NCBI GenBank assembly: GCA_963813135.1
Contig: CAWEXY010000009.1
Location: 86,865-150,864, forward strand
From: an uncultured Verrucomicrobiae bacterium
GTDB taxonomy: Bacteria > Chlamydiota > Chlamydiia > Chlamydiales > Rhabdochlamydiaceae
DNA length: 64,000 nucleotides
Direction: 5' to 3'
Shown: piece by piece, positions 1 to 9,451 of the stretch
Position numbering within the stretch: the stretch's first letter is position 1
How the letters are laid out: each line of letters begins with the position of its first letter
Made by a program: the position numbers and the translations under genes
Notes under the pieces: model-generated
Told to the model about the DNA's origin: nothing
Databases searched by the model: none
The model's input: the letters and a program-made list of their open reading frames with translations, nothing else

Positions 1-936
1 ATGGCCATCAAAGCCATCATGGAATACATCGACGCCTCCGATTGCAATATGGAAGAAGGGTCGCTGCGCATCGATGCCAACGTCTCTGTCCGCCGCAAAG
101 ATGAGACCCAGCTCCGTCCCAAGATCGAAGTCAAGAACATGAACTCGTTCAGCAATATGGAGATGGCCATCGAAGCCGAGATCCGCCGCCAGATCCAGTT
201 CTACATCGCCCATCCCCACGAACTCGTCACCCAAGGCACCTACCGGTTCGACACCGAGACCGGCGCCACCGTCCTCATGCGTGCCAAAGAAGGCGCCGAA
301 GATTACCGCTACTTCCCCGAGCCCGATCTTCCCCCCGTCCTTCTCACCGATGCCGAGATCGACGAGATCCGCAAAACCCTCCCCGAGCTCCCCCATGATC
401 GCTACAAACGCTACCTCACTACCCTTGAGCTCCCCGTTCAAAATGCTGCCGTGCTCATCAGCACCAAAAAGCTCTCCGACTATTTTGAAGAGGCCCTAAA
501 GCTCCATCCCAACGCCAAGAGCCTTTCCAATTGGATCTCTTCGGAGTTTGCCGGCCGCCTCAAAGATACTGGAAAGAACCTCTGGGACATCATCCCCGCC
601 CGCCACATTGCCGAGCTCGTGCGCCTCATCGACTCGGGCGTCATCACCGGTAAGATCGCCAAAAGCGTCGCCGACGACATGCTCGCCTCCCCCGACAAGT
701 CTCCCGAAGCGATAGTCAAGGCCAATCCTGACTACCAACCCTTAAGCGACACATCGACGATCGAGCCCCTCGTCGACCAAGTCCTCGCCGCAAATCCCGA
801 CGCGATCGCCGCCTTCAAAGAAGGCAAGAAAAAATCGTTCGCGTTCCTCGTGGGCGAAGTGATGAAGCTCTGCCGCGGCAAAGCCTCGCCCGCCGTCGTC
901 AACGACCTCCTTCTGAAAAAGATTGAAAAGATGTAG
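1..936 (+). CDS. gatB: Asp-tRNA(Asn)/Glu-tRNA(Gln) amidotransferase subunit B (5'-partial)
   Basis: Motifs CNMEEGSLRIDANVSVR, EVKNMNS, DYRYFPEPDLPP and a C-terminal YqeY-like FLVGEVMK..RGKA.. Confidence 0.97.
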   Translation: MAIKAIMEYIDASDCNMEEGSLRIDANVSVRRKDETQLRPKIEVKNMNSFSNMEMAIEAEIRRQIQFYIAHPHELVTQGTYRFDTETGATVLMRAKEGAEDYRYFPEPDLPPVLLTDAEIDEIRKTLPELPHDRYKRYLTTLELPVQNAAVLISTKKLSDYFEEALKLHPNAKSLSNWISSEFAGRLKDTGKNLWDIIPARHIAELVRLIDSGVITGKIAKSVADDMLASPDKSPEAIVKANPDYQPLSDTSTIEPLVDQVLAANPDAIAAFKEGKKKSFAFLVGEVMKLCRGKASPAVVNDLLLKKIEKM

Positions 937-940
937 CCTA

Positions 941-1213
941 GTGAAAGACACATCGCCTGAAATTGAAGAAAAAGTCCGTGAAATGATACGCGCAAAAACC
1001 CCTGCCGAGCGTTACAAAATGGGATGGTCGATGTATCTCACGTCGAGAAGGCTCGTCATCGAAGCTATCCGCAGAGAAAACCCCAACATCTCCGATCAAG
1101 ACCTTCGTGTAGAATTCTTCTTGAGATTCTACCAGGACGACTTTGGTCCTGAAGAACAAGAAAAGATCATCTCTTATCTCCGGCAGCACACATCTGATAA
1201 ACCCTTTTGCTAA
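941..1213 (+). CDS. small conserved hypothetical protein (DTSPE..TP.ER..MG.SM family, possibly antitoxin-like)
   Basis: GTG at 941 just after the gatB stop; 90 aa, KDTSPEIEEK..KTPAERYKMGWSMY..LRVEFFLRFY. Confidence 0.6.
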   Translation: MKDTSPEIEEKVREMIRAKTPAERYKMGWSMYLTSRRLVIEAIRRENPNISDQDLRVEFFLRFYQDDFGPEEQEKIISYLRQHTSDKPFC

Positions 1214-1230
1214 AAAAGGTGCATTGCATA

Positions 1231-3993
1231 CTACGATTTTGCTTCGGGATCGTAGAGAATCTGGCAGCAGGAAACTTTGAATTGGCCATTGGGCTGAATG
1301 CCATGGCCGGCATCGGAATACTCAAAAGGAGCAGGCCCTCCTAAAGCTGTAAGCTTGCCCTTATACTGCTCGGCGCCTTTTACATAGCTTCCTATCACCA
1401 GCGGCAGGCCCAGCGCTTTAGCTTTTTGCAGGCACCCCTCTTTGACCATCTCTTGCGCGAGGGAATTCCCTTGAGCATCGCTGTAGATCCGCTCCATCAA
1501 CAATACGGGCTTTCCTGCCTCCTCATCTAACATCAACCGAAGCACGCTGCGGGCAATGATTTTGCCCGTTTTATCCTTGACGGCAATGGCTCGATTTTTT
1601 CCATCGAGAGCATAGGCGAGCAAACATTTATTATTTTCGACATCAGCCATAATATGCTGGCAGCTCTGGAGCACCTCGGTTCCTAGCAATAACAGATCTT
1701 CCCATTCATCGGTATCTAGGACAACAAAATCACTCGTCGCAGCCCCTTTAGAGGCCAGCGCTTTCAATATGTCCTCAATGTCGCGAGAGAACTGCATTTG
1801 CCCGGGGACTAATGTTTTTAACTGCTTCAATTTTTCCTCGATCTCATCGACTGGCAAATCTTGCGTGACGAGTTCTAAGAAAAGACTCTCCATCGGGTAT
1901 TGCTGGGGATCTATTTTCCCCGCCTTCACATCCTTATGGTAAAGAAGCGATCCCTCGCCCATATGCTTATCCCCCGCGGCTTGCAGGAGGGCCTTGCGCA
2001 CCCGTTCTTGAGGCGTTATTTGAGATACAGAGGCGCTCTTGTTGGATTGAATAGGAAGGGATGTCTTCCATTGCTCGAAAAGCTGAGGATAATCACGAGA
2101 AATCGCATAGAGGTGCGGATTATTGTCCAGCGCATAACGGGTTTCAGAGAATTTGTCATCTAGCACGGCCCTTACAAACCTTTGGAGGGCGGCATTCAGT
2201 TCTTGTTTTTCCGGTAAGCTTTGCAAACGGGCGGCATAGATGAGGAGCGCATTGGGATAGCGCTTCGACTCGCAAAAATTTTGATTAAATCGCTTTTCGT
2301 CGGCATCAGTTTTTAGATTAAATATCGACTTTTCATACTCATGCAAGGCTCTATTGACCGCTGTAACATCCTTGCACTTTTTAAAGTCATCAAATCCTGC
2401 AAAAATCAAAGAAATACGGTTGACGGGAACTGTTTCCTTCCCCGCTGCCCCCAGTACAATTTCTAGCAGACGTTTCATTTCATCACCCTGGCTGGGGAAG
2501 TTTAATGAACTGAGCGCATCATTCACGGTGGCTAAAACTCTATCTCCTTTATATCTAGCGGATGATAGACTTTGTAATAGTGCTCGTACTTTATTCGAAT
2601 CGTTCAATAGATAGTATAATAAAAGCCCTGACGCAAGAACTCTTTTCGGCATCCCTTGTGTCATCTCTATCCATTTCTTGCCCTTTTCTCGATCCGTAAA
2701 ATAAGGAAGCAAAAGGAAAAAAAGTCCATCCTTCACAAGACCCGACGGGAGCTTGAAAACTTCAACAAACAAGCTTACAAGTTCTTTCTTTTCGGTAATT
2801 CTTTCAAACTGCGGGCCAGCCTCTCGCCAAATCTCTTCCAAGAATTTGACTAACCGCGCCATCAACTCCATTTTGAAGTGGGGATTTATCAGCTTTCTTA
2901 AAATTTTGTTGAGGTGGGCATTTAGCTTACGGTAAACCTCAGTGTCAGGAAACGGAAGCGATTGGTTTATCAGACTATTCCATTCACTTTTATATTGATC
3001 TAGCAATTCTCCAGGGACTGATTGCAGAAAGCTTGTAAGAGCGATTCCCATCGAAGGCGGCTGTTTGGGCATGTGTCTGAAATAAAGATCTTTTATGTTT
3101 TGGAATAGATTTTCGGCAATTTTGAGGAATGCTTTATTTGCGATTTCCGGCTCAGATTGTTTTGCCATTTCGCTAAGTTTCTGAGTGGATTCATCAAATT
3201 CAGAAATCACATATTGGAGAACGAGCCCCAGCAATGTTGGATTGCGGCTGTCTAAATCGCAGATGAGTTTGGCAAAGGTCTCGTATGGAACCGTATAATG
3301 CGACAAAAATCTGAGTAAAAAATCGCACAACTCTTTTCGAGAGGTCTTCCGAATGGTAATCTTGGCCCATTCGATGTAATTGTTATTAAGAAGGTATATT
3401 AAATTTTCGCCTTCACGGTGATGTTTAAAAAACTCTTCGAAAACAACGTGCAACCCTTTATCTTGAATTAATTTGCGTTCTTGTTCGGCAATATATTGCT
3501 CCACTTGATTAATAAGATCTTGAGAAATAGGACGCCGCCTGTTATGTATTTTCCTACTCAATTTAAGACAATCGGTGATAGATAAATCGCAACATTTAAC
3601 TAAATCCATCAACAAGTCATTTTGCTCAAACTTATTAGGATCGCTAAAATCGAAACTAGCTAATAAATATCTGCGCGCATCATTGCATAATGTATTAGAA
3701 ACAGCCAAAAAAGGATTGTAATCCTTAATAGAGGTCGACAACTGAAACCCATACCGCATTTGCTCAAATCTATCAGGGTTCCATCGTTGAACTTTTTCAA
3801 AAGCCTCTTCGCGCGAGTTCAACCCCCAGCCTTGAAATGCATTAACCTGCCATAACTCGGCGACCAATTGTTGGCATTTGGCAAGGCGCTCTGGATCATT
3901 CCCTCCTTTAGGGCTGATGACGACTTTTTCTAGATCGGCGATTAGGCGAAATCCGCGATCCCAGCTTTGAATCAGATTATTTGAAGTACTCAT
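1231..3993 (-). CDS. 920-aa hypothetical effector-like protein, paralog A (conserved C-terminal DTD.WEDL..LGTEV..SCQ domain)
   Basis: Long ORF; C-terminal ~330 aa clearly homologous to 4103..6922. Confidence 0.85.
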   Translation of the reverse strand: MSTSNNLIQSWDRGFRLIADLEKVVISPKGGNDPERLAKCQQLVAELWQVNAFQGWGLNSREEAFEKVQRWNPDRFEQMRYGFQLSTSIKDYNPFLAVSNTLCNDARRYLLASFDFSDPNKFEQNDLLMDLVKCCDLSITDCLKLSRKIHNRRRPISQDLINQVEQYIAEQERKLIQDKGLHVVFEEFFKHHREGENLIYLLNNNYIEWAKITIRKTSRKELCDFLLRFLSHYTVPYETFAKLICDLDSRNPTLLGLVLQYVISEFDESTQKLSEMAKQSEPEIANKAFLKIAENLFQNIKDLYFRHMPKQPPSMGIALTSFLQSVPGELLDQYKSEWNSLINQSLPFPDTEVYRKLNAHLNKILRKLINPHFKMELMARLVKFLEEIWREAGPQFERITEKKELVSLFVEVFKLPSGLVKDGLFFLLLPYFTDREKGKKWIEMTQGMPKRVLASGLLLYYLLNDSNKVRALLQSLSSARYKGDRVLATVNDALSSLNFPSQGDEMKRLLEIVLGAAGKETVPVNRISLIFAGFDDFKKCKDVTAVNRALHEYEKSIFNLKTDADEKRFNQNFCESKRYPNALLIYAARLQSLPEKQELNAALQRFVRAVLDDKFSETRYALDNNPHLYAISRDYPQLFEQWKTSLPIQSNKSASVSQITPQERVRKALLQAAGDKHMGEGSLLYHKDVKAGKIDPQQYPMESLFLELVTQDLPVDEIEEKLKQLKTLVPGQMQFSRDIEDILKALASKGAATSDFVVLDTDEWEDLLLLGTEVLQSCQHIMADVENNKCLLAYALDGKNRAIAVKDKTGKIIARSVLRLMLDEEAGKPVLLMERIYSDAQGNSLAQEMVKEGCLQKAKALGLPLVIGSYVKGAEQYKGKLTALGGPAPFEYSDAGHGIQPNGQFKVSCCQILYDPEAKS

Positions 3994-4011
3994 AATTTAC
4001 TCACGCTATAC

Positions 4012-4020
4012 ATTATACCA
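4012..4020 (-). promoter_or_regulatory. extended -10 element (TGGTATAAT) upstream of paralog A
   Basis: attatacca on + strand, ~18 nt upstream of the ATG at 3993. Confidence 0.45.
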
Positions 4021-4102
4021 TAATTTAAAATTATTTGTATATATAATCAATCATGAAGCACATTTTTAAGTAACTAATATTGAGCGGCTTGAACGATTTA
4101 AT

Positions 4103-6922
4103 TTAGGATTTTGCTTCGGGATCGTAGAGAACCTCGCAGCTGGGAATTTGGAACTTTCCATCCGGGCAAATATTCTTCACACTATCACAATATTCATAAG
4201 GGACAGGACCCCCTAAGGCTTCAACAGTGTTTGGGTACAAGGGCGCTTTCGCCCCAACAACAACGAGCGGCAGCTTCATAGCCTTCGCCTTTTGCAGGCA
4301 CCCTTCCTTCACCATCTGGATGGCCTCTGTAGAAGAGCTTATATCTGTATAAGTAGGTTCCATCAATAAAACGGGTTTTTGGGCCTTAGTATCCCAGAGA
4401 AGGCGCAGCACGGACCTTGCTACGATTTTGCCATCACTGTTTTTCACAACGATCGCCCGATTTTTTCCATCGAGAACATAAGCGAGCAAGCATTTATTGA
4501 GCAGCGGCTGAGCTAGCGCAATATGCTGGCAGCTACTAAGAACTTCTGTTCCAAGTAAAAATAAATCTTCCCATTCATCCGTATCTTTGACCACCAGTTC
4601 TTTTGTTGAAGCGGCCCTTTTAGAAGCGATTTTTTTTAGCAAATCTGCAACGTCATTTTGGAACTGGGGCATCTCTTTAGGAACTTTCTTTTGGAGTTCT
4701 TTGAGTTTTTCCTTCATTTCATCGATGTCCATCTCTTTCGATAGAAGCTCAAGACATAGACTTTCCACCGGATATTTCTCGGGATCAATCGGGTCTTTTG
4801 ATTTGAGCAGCTGTGCGGAAAGAATAGAATCGGGGCCGAGATGTTTGTTCTCGATTGCCATCAGGAGGTCTTTTTTGATCTGCTGCTGCAACCCTCCCTC
4901 CGAGCAGGAGTCGTCTATTTTCCCCACCTGAATTTGGATGGGCGACTTCCATGCCTCTAAACGAGCCGGGTCTTTCTCAGAAATCATTTTTAAGTGCGGG
5001 TTATTTTCAAGATTGTAGCGCGTTGTTGCAAATTTGTTATCTAGGATAGAGCGGACGAAGATCTGCAACGATGCGTTAAGTTTCCCCGTCTCGCCTGTCA
5101 AACTTTGTAATCTGCTTGCATAGATGAGTAACCCGTTTGCAAACCGCTTTGAATCAGTAAAATGTTTATCAAACAGTTGAAGCTCGCTTTTATCAATTTT
5201 GAACAAATCTACAATTAATCCAGGAATAAATTCGTTTGCTTGTTCAATAGTTGTTATATTTTCCAAATTTATGCAATTGACATATTCCCAAGCTAAAAGA
5301 ATGGAAATATTCTCTCGGGCCTTGTCTTGTGCTTTTCTATGAGCTGCGATCCGCTGTTGATAGTCTCGGCTTCGCTCGTTCGCCCGTTGTGCTGTTGGCT
5401 CTTCTATAATAAGATTTAATAAATGCAGCTTTTTATCATCTGATAAACTAGCAGTGGTTGTCGTTAGTAGATGTATAAATTCATTGATTGCTGCTAACTC
5501 TTTTCGGTCTCGGAATCGATGTCCGGACAGTTGCTTTAAAATCGCCCGGGTGCTTTTACAATCTGAATTTAGTAAGAACAAGAGAAGCGCTGAGATCAGA
5601 ACTCTCTGGGGCAGTTTTTCGGTTTGATTCAATTGTATTGTCTCCATCCACGATGCGCGGGCGCTAGAGTCATTATAAAGAGCTAGGAAAGGTTCAGTAA
5701 CCGCCTTTTCAATTTCGGAGTTATGCAATTTAAACATTTCCTCAAAAACAGGGACTAGATCTTTTTCTACAAACATGGCAGATCTGATAGATTTAGTCGC
5801 CATCGCGTTCATAAGCCAGGCCAATCGGTCCAATTTGAATTGAATGTTGTCCCATTTTTTTAGAGTTTTCTGAATCATCTCTTTCAAGCAATTTACAGAA
5901 CAACCTTTTTTTGTTTTGAGAAATGGCAATGTCTCATTAATTACCTGATGCCAAGCTTCCATCGTTGAGTCGGGATCCCTATTGAATGGAATTTTCCTTG
6001 TCAATTCCCTAATCATGTCGCCTATATTCGATGGCCAATTTTCCAATACGCGCTCCCAGATGTGTACCATATTATACTGATACATTCTCCTATAGACGTT
6101 AGAGACTGTTTGGGGATCGTATTGGTTGGCGAAAATTGTTTCGTGATTGTTACCGTATCGATCACCTAAAATATACTCTAACCCTAAGAACAACGGTGAT
6201 GTCTCAGAAAAATTTGGAGAAGAAAGCAATTTTACATAGATTTGTGCGAACTCGTCCGCCTCAAAACCGTAGGGTTGGAAGAAATCATGAACTGCAGAGT
6301 TAAAATCCGAAGTTATGCCTTTTGAAAAATCAAAATCACTTGAGCGCTTATTTTGCTGGATTAAATAATTCTCAAACTGTTGTTCCCAATCAATAGATAA
6401 GATCCTCTCCTTAATTTTAGCATCAATAAGCTTAGTTAATGTTGAATGAGATTCAACCCGGTTGTTCTTTTCTTTTATTTCGAAAAAATCTGCCAAATCG
6501 AAATCCGCAGTATGCTCATTGATGATTCTATAAATTGAATTGATCTGTTGAGGCGAAAGAAGTGAAAATTGGTTTAAAGCAGATAATATGATTTGTTTGC
6601 GAAGCGCACGACAAGTGTCTTTAAGACATGTAAGATCAAGATTTTGTAAAAGAACTTTGAGCTCATTTTGATCAATCATCTCTCTGTAATAATAATTTAA
6701 ACCACAAGGAGAAAACCTTCTTCCGTGCTGCTGTAAAAGTACAATGTCGATTTCGGCAAGATCCGAAAATCTAGAGGTGTTTGCGATCGTCCCCAACAAG
6801 TGCAGGGCCCTTTCGAAGCAAGCTTGGCTCTTTTTCTTGGGAGAATCGGCTAATAGCTCGTCCACTTCCTTCAAAGCGCGGAAGTTCTGATCCCATATTT
6901 GTAATGTATTTATCATACTCAT
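4103..6922 (-). CDS. 939-aa hypothetical effector-like protein, paralog B
   Basis: Long ORF; shares NKCLLAY.LDGKNRAI.VK, ARSVLRL, GCLQKAKA, LGGP.P.EY and the terminal LYDPEAKS with paralog A. Confidence 0.85.
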   Translation of the reverse strand: MSMINTLQIWDQNFRALKEVDELLADSPKKKSQACFERALHLLGTIANTSRFSDLAEIDIVLLQQHGRRFSPCGLNYYYREMIDQNELKVLLQNLDLTCLKDTCRALRKQIILSALNQFSLLSPQQINSIYRIINEHTADFDLADFFEIKEKNNRVESHSTLTKLIDAKIKERILSIDWEQQFENYLIQQNKRSSDFDFSKGITSDFNSAVHDFFQPYGFEADEFAQIYVKLLSSPNFSETSPLFLGLEYILGDRYGNNHETIFANQYDPQTVSNVYRRMYQYNMVHIWERVLENWPSNIGDMIRELTRKIPFNRDPDSTMEAWHQVINETLPFLKTKKGCSVNCLKEMIQKTLKKWDNIQFKLDRLAWLMNAMATKSIRSAMFVEKDLVPVFEEMFKLHNSEIEKAVTEPFLALYNDSSARASWMETIQLNQTEKLPQRVLISALLLFLLNSDCKSTRAILKQLSGHRFRDRKELAAINEFIHLLTTTTASLSDDKKLHLLNLIIEEPTAQRANERSRDYQQRIAAHRKAQDKARENISILLAWEYVNCINLENITTIEQANEFIPGLIVDLFKIDKSELQLFDKHFTDSKRFANGLLIYASRLQSLTGETGKLNASLQIFVRSILDNKFATTRYNLENNPHLKMISEKDPARLEAWKSPIQIQVGKIDDSCSEGGLQQQIKKDLLMAIENKHLGPDSILSAQLLKSKDPIDPEKYPVESLCLELLSKEMDIDEMKEKLKELQKKVPKEMPQFQNDVADLLKKIASKRAASTKELVVKDTDEWEDLFLLGTEVLSSCQHIALAQPLLNKCLLAYVLDGKNRAIVVKNSDGKIVARSVLRLLWDTKAQKPVLLMEPTYTDISSSTEAIQMVKEGCLQKAKAMKLPLVVVGAKAPLYPNTVEALGGPVPYEYCDSVKNICPDGKFQIPSCEVLYDPEAKS

Positions 6923-6987
6923 AAGAATATTATACTATATACTAAATAATTTAGTATACATTTATATTTACGACTCAACACACTAAT

Positions 6988-7281
6988 TTAGAATGATTTA
7001 AAGGCGATTAGCAACATTCTCTCCAGCAGATGGTTGCGAAGATATTTTTCTTGCTTATGCCTAAGTTGCTGGTCTGCAATGGGATAGATGCACTGAGAAA
7101 TTTGTTGGAATAAGCCGAAAGTGGAAGCCAGCTCAAGTCTTTTGCTATAATTCGTTATGACGGGGTTTTGCATGATCCAATTTTGAGCTTCTTGAATTCC
7201 ATAATCATCGTCCTTTTGTTGCAAAGGTATTTGTGGAGCGCAAAAATACGTTAACAGGTTTGTAAGATTTATTTTGAACAT
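6988..7281 (-). CDS. small hypothetical protein
   Basis: ORF in AT-rich region, probable start MFKINL at 7281; no recognisable motif. Confidence 0.45.
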   Translation of the reverse strand: MFKINLTNLLTYFCAPQIPLQQKDDDYGIQEAQNWIMQNPVITNYSKRLELASTFGLFQQISQCIYPIADQQLRHKQEKYLRNHLLERMLLIAFKSF

Positions 7282-7354
7282 ATTCAATTGCAGCTTTATT
7301 AGCGCGCAGACTATCATACCAAAGTTATTGGGTATCAGTCAAAAGGGGATGGTT

Positions 7355-7690
7355 ATGGGCATAACAATAAGCAAGAACGATCAAAAGCTTATCGAAACAG
7401 CAATAGATACTTTGCTGAATGAGAATCAAATCGAAATTACCGCCGGCAGATGCGGCTATTCGATGACGGCTAATTTTTTTCCTCAAGATTTTGTCGATTT
7501 CTGTAACAAGGCTACTAAGCTAGTGCTAAAGGCTATTGAAAAGCAAATTCTTCACTGCAACGAGCTAACGGAGTTTACAAACGGAATTATCCAAAACAAA
7601 TTGAAAGAAAAGTGCTGCATTATTGACCCGTTGACTGAACGAAATCCACCTCCTAATATCAAGATTTGGAATTGGATGATTTCTTGGTAG
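7355..7690 (+). CDS. small hypothetical protein
   Basis: AAGGGG RBS-like sequence before ATG 7355; 111 aa; no recognisable motif. Confidence 0.5.
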   Translation: MGITISKNDQKLIETAIDTLLNENQIEITAGRCGYSMTANFFPQDFVDFCNKATKLVLKAIEKQILHCNELTEFTNGIIQNKLKEKCCIIDPLTERNPPPNIKIWNWMISW

Positions 7691-7771
7691 TTAGAAAAGA
7701 ACTATGCTGCTTTTTTAAGTGCTTGACCATTAGAATGTGTTGTTAACGACGGTAAAGCAGAGCCTACTTTA

Positions 7772-7887
7772 TTGAAGAACCCTCCCATAAATGGAAGGGA
7801 TTCTTCGAGGATTTAAGGAATAGACCAACTACAGGCCTGCCTAACCCACCCCTAAAGGGATGGGATTGCGGCATGGCAATCGTTCAA
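7772..7887 (-). mobile_element. non-autonomous IS200/IS605-type element (PATE-like; two subterminal hairpins, no ORF)
   Basis: Minus strand reads TTGAACGATTGCC..AATCCCATCCCTTTAGGGGTGGG..GAATCCCTTCCATTTATGGGAGGGTTCTTCAA: two hairpins with TTTA loops, ending in TTCAA like IS605-family right ends. Confidence 0.7.
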
Positions 7888-7990
7888 TCTTGCCAGTCCG
7901 GAATGACTTTAATCCTGTAGAGCAAGAAAAGATCATCGGCTAAAAATGCATCCTAGCTAAAAAAATGTTTATTACATTATAGCATGAAGA

Positions 7991-9451
7991 GTGAAGATAA
8001 AATGCTTCGGTATTTTGCTATTGTGCTCCGGCTGCATGCCCGATCGGGCTGTCGTCGATCCGGATAGCTACGCCCCAGCTACCCAGCATGCCGTTTGGAA
8101 AAAGCCGCATAAAAGCGAAGAGGTCGCGCCTGTCATTAATGAGGATATCCCCCTCTCGCTCGCTGAAATCGTCGATGTCGCCCTGCGCATGAATCCCAAC
8201 ACGAAGCTCACCTGGGCGCAGGCCCGTTTTGCGGCAGCCCAATATGGAATATCCCAAGCTTCTGACTTTCCGAACGTCGGGAGTACTTATACGTATGCGC
8301 GGAGCCGTTCGACTAGCTCTCCCAGCTCAACATCGACGACGACAGGCTCTGGAACGACATCGACTTCTGTAACTAGCGGTTCAGCCATTGGTACGATGCA
8401 GAAATTTTATCAAAGCACCTGGGGACCGCAGCTCCAGCTCTCTTATACTTTGCTCGATTTTGGACAGACGCGCAATTCGATCGAAGCGGCCAAGCAAGCC
8501 CTCTATGAGGCAGACTTCACGCACAATCGCGAAATCCAAACGGTGATTCAGACCGTAAGCGATGATTACTACAACCTGCTATTTCAAAAAGAGCAGCTCA
8601 AAGCGCTCCTTGCCGATCTCGAGACCGCTCAAACGTCCTTCGACGCCGCTCAGCTAGGACTTGATGCCGGTGTCAAAGATTTGTCGGATCTCTTGCAAGC
8701 TAAAACCCAGCTCCTGCAAATCCAAATCCAGCTCACCTCGCAGCGGCAAAATATCGTCGTTGCGCAAGCCCAGCTCCTCACCGATATGGGACTCTCCTCG
8801 CACCAAGTCATCCAAGTAGAAGAGATCCCCGCGATCCCTTCCCTCGACAAGATGACCGATAGCGCGGACTCGCTGCTCGCCATTGCTATGGAAAAACGGC
8901 AAGACCTTCTCGCGGCTAGCGCGGCGGTCAAATCGCAAGAAGCCAACGTCAATTTAGCCCGCAGCCAATTTTTCCCCACGCTGGGCTACAACCTCAACTT
9001 TGGCCAGACCAGCTTTAGTAAGATCGGCAGCGACCATTACGACTGGCAAAGCACATTCACAGTCAGCTTTCCTATTTTTTCAGGCTTTTCTATGGTCAAC
9101 AATTTGAAGGCCGCCAAAGCCCAGCACTCCCAAGCGGAAGCGCAATACCGGCAAGTGCAGCTCACGGTTATCCAAGACATCACGACCGCCCATTCCAGCG
9201 TGCGCACGACGTTCGATAATTTAAAAGTGACCGACGAACTTTTGGCTGTCTCGCGCCAGGAATACAATGTTGCGCTCGCTCGCTATAAAGCGGGCGTAGG
9301 CAACATCCTCGAGCTGATGTCAGCGCAAAGCAACCTGGCCGATGCAAGGTCCCGCCAAGTACAAGGCATCCGAGATTGGCTTACATCGCTTGTCACTTTA
9401 AGCTTCGCCGCAGGCACGCTCGACCCGCCCTACATGAAGGAAAGCCAATGA
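7991..9451 (+). CDS. TolC-family outer membrane efflux lipoprotein
   Basis: Lipobox-like LLCSGC; LSLAEIVDVAL..NP; LSYTLLDFG; ARYKAGVGNILEL; upstream of an MFP gene. Confidence 0.92.
   Translation: MKIKCFGILLLCSGCMPDRAVVDPDSYAPATQHAVWKKPHKSEEVAPVINEDIPLSLAEIVDVALRMNPNTKLTWAQARFAAAQYGISQASDFPNVGSTYTYARSRSTSSPSSTSTTTGSGTTSTSVTSGSAIGTMQKFYQSTWGPQLQLSYTLLDFGQTRNSIEAAKQALYEADFTHNREIQTVIQTVSDDYYNLLFQKEQLKALLADLETAQTSFDAAQLGLDAGVKDLSDLLQAKTQLLQIQIQLTSQRQNIVVAQAQLLTDMGLSSHQVIQVEEIPAIPSLDKMTDSADSLLAIAMEKRQDLLAASAAVKSQEANVNLARSQFFPTLGYNLNFGQTSFSKIGSDHYDWQSTFTVSFPIFSGFSMVNNLKAAKAQHSQAEAQYRQVQLTVIQDITTAHSSVRTTFDNLKVTDELLAVSRQEYNVALARYKAGVGNILELMSAQSNLADARSRQVQGIRDWLTSLVTLSFAAGTLDPPYMKESQ

Noticed and set aside
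8300..8395. Ser/Thr-rich stretch in TolC as an inserted repeat
   Set aside because: Low-complexity in-frame loop without DNA-level periodicity; a variable surface loop is sufficient explanation.
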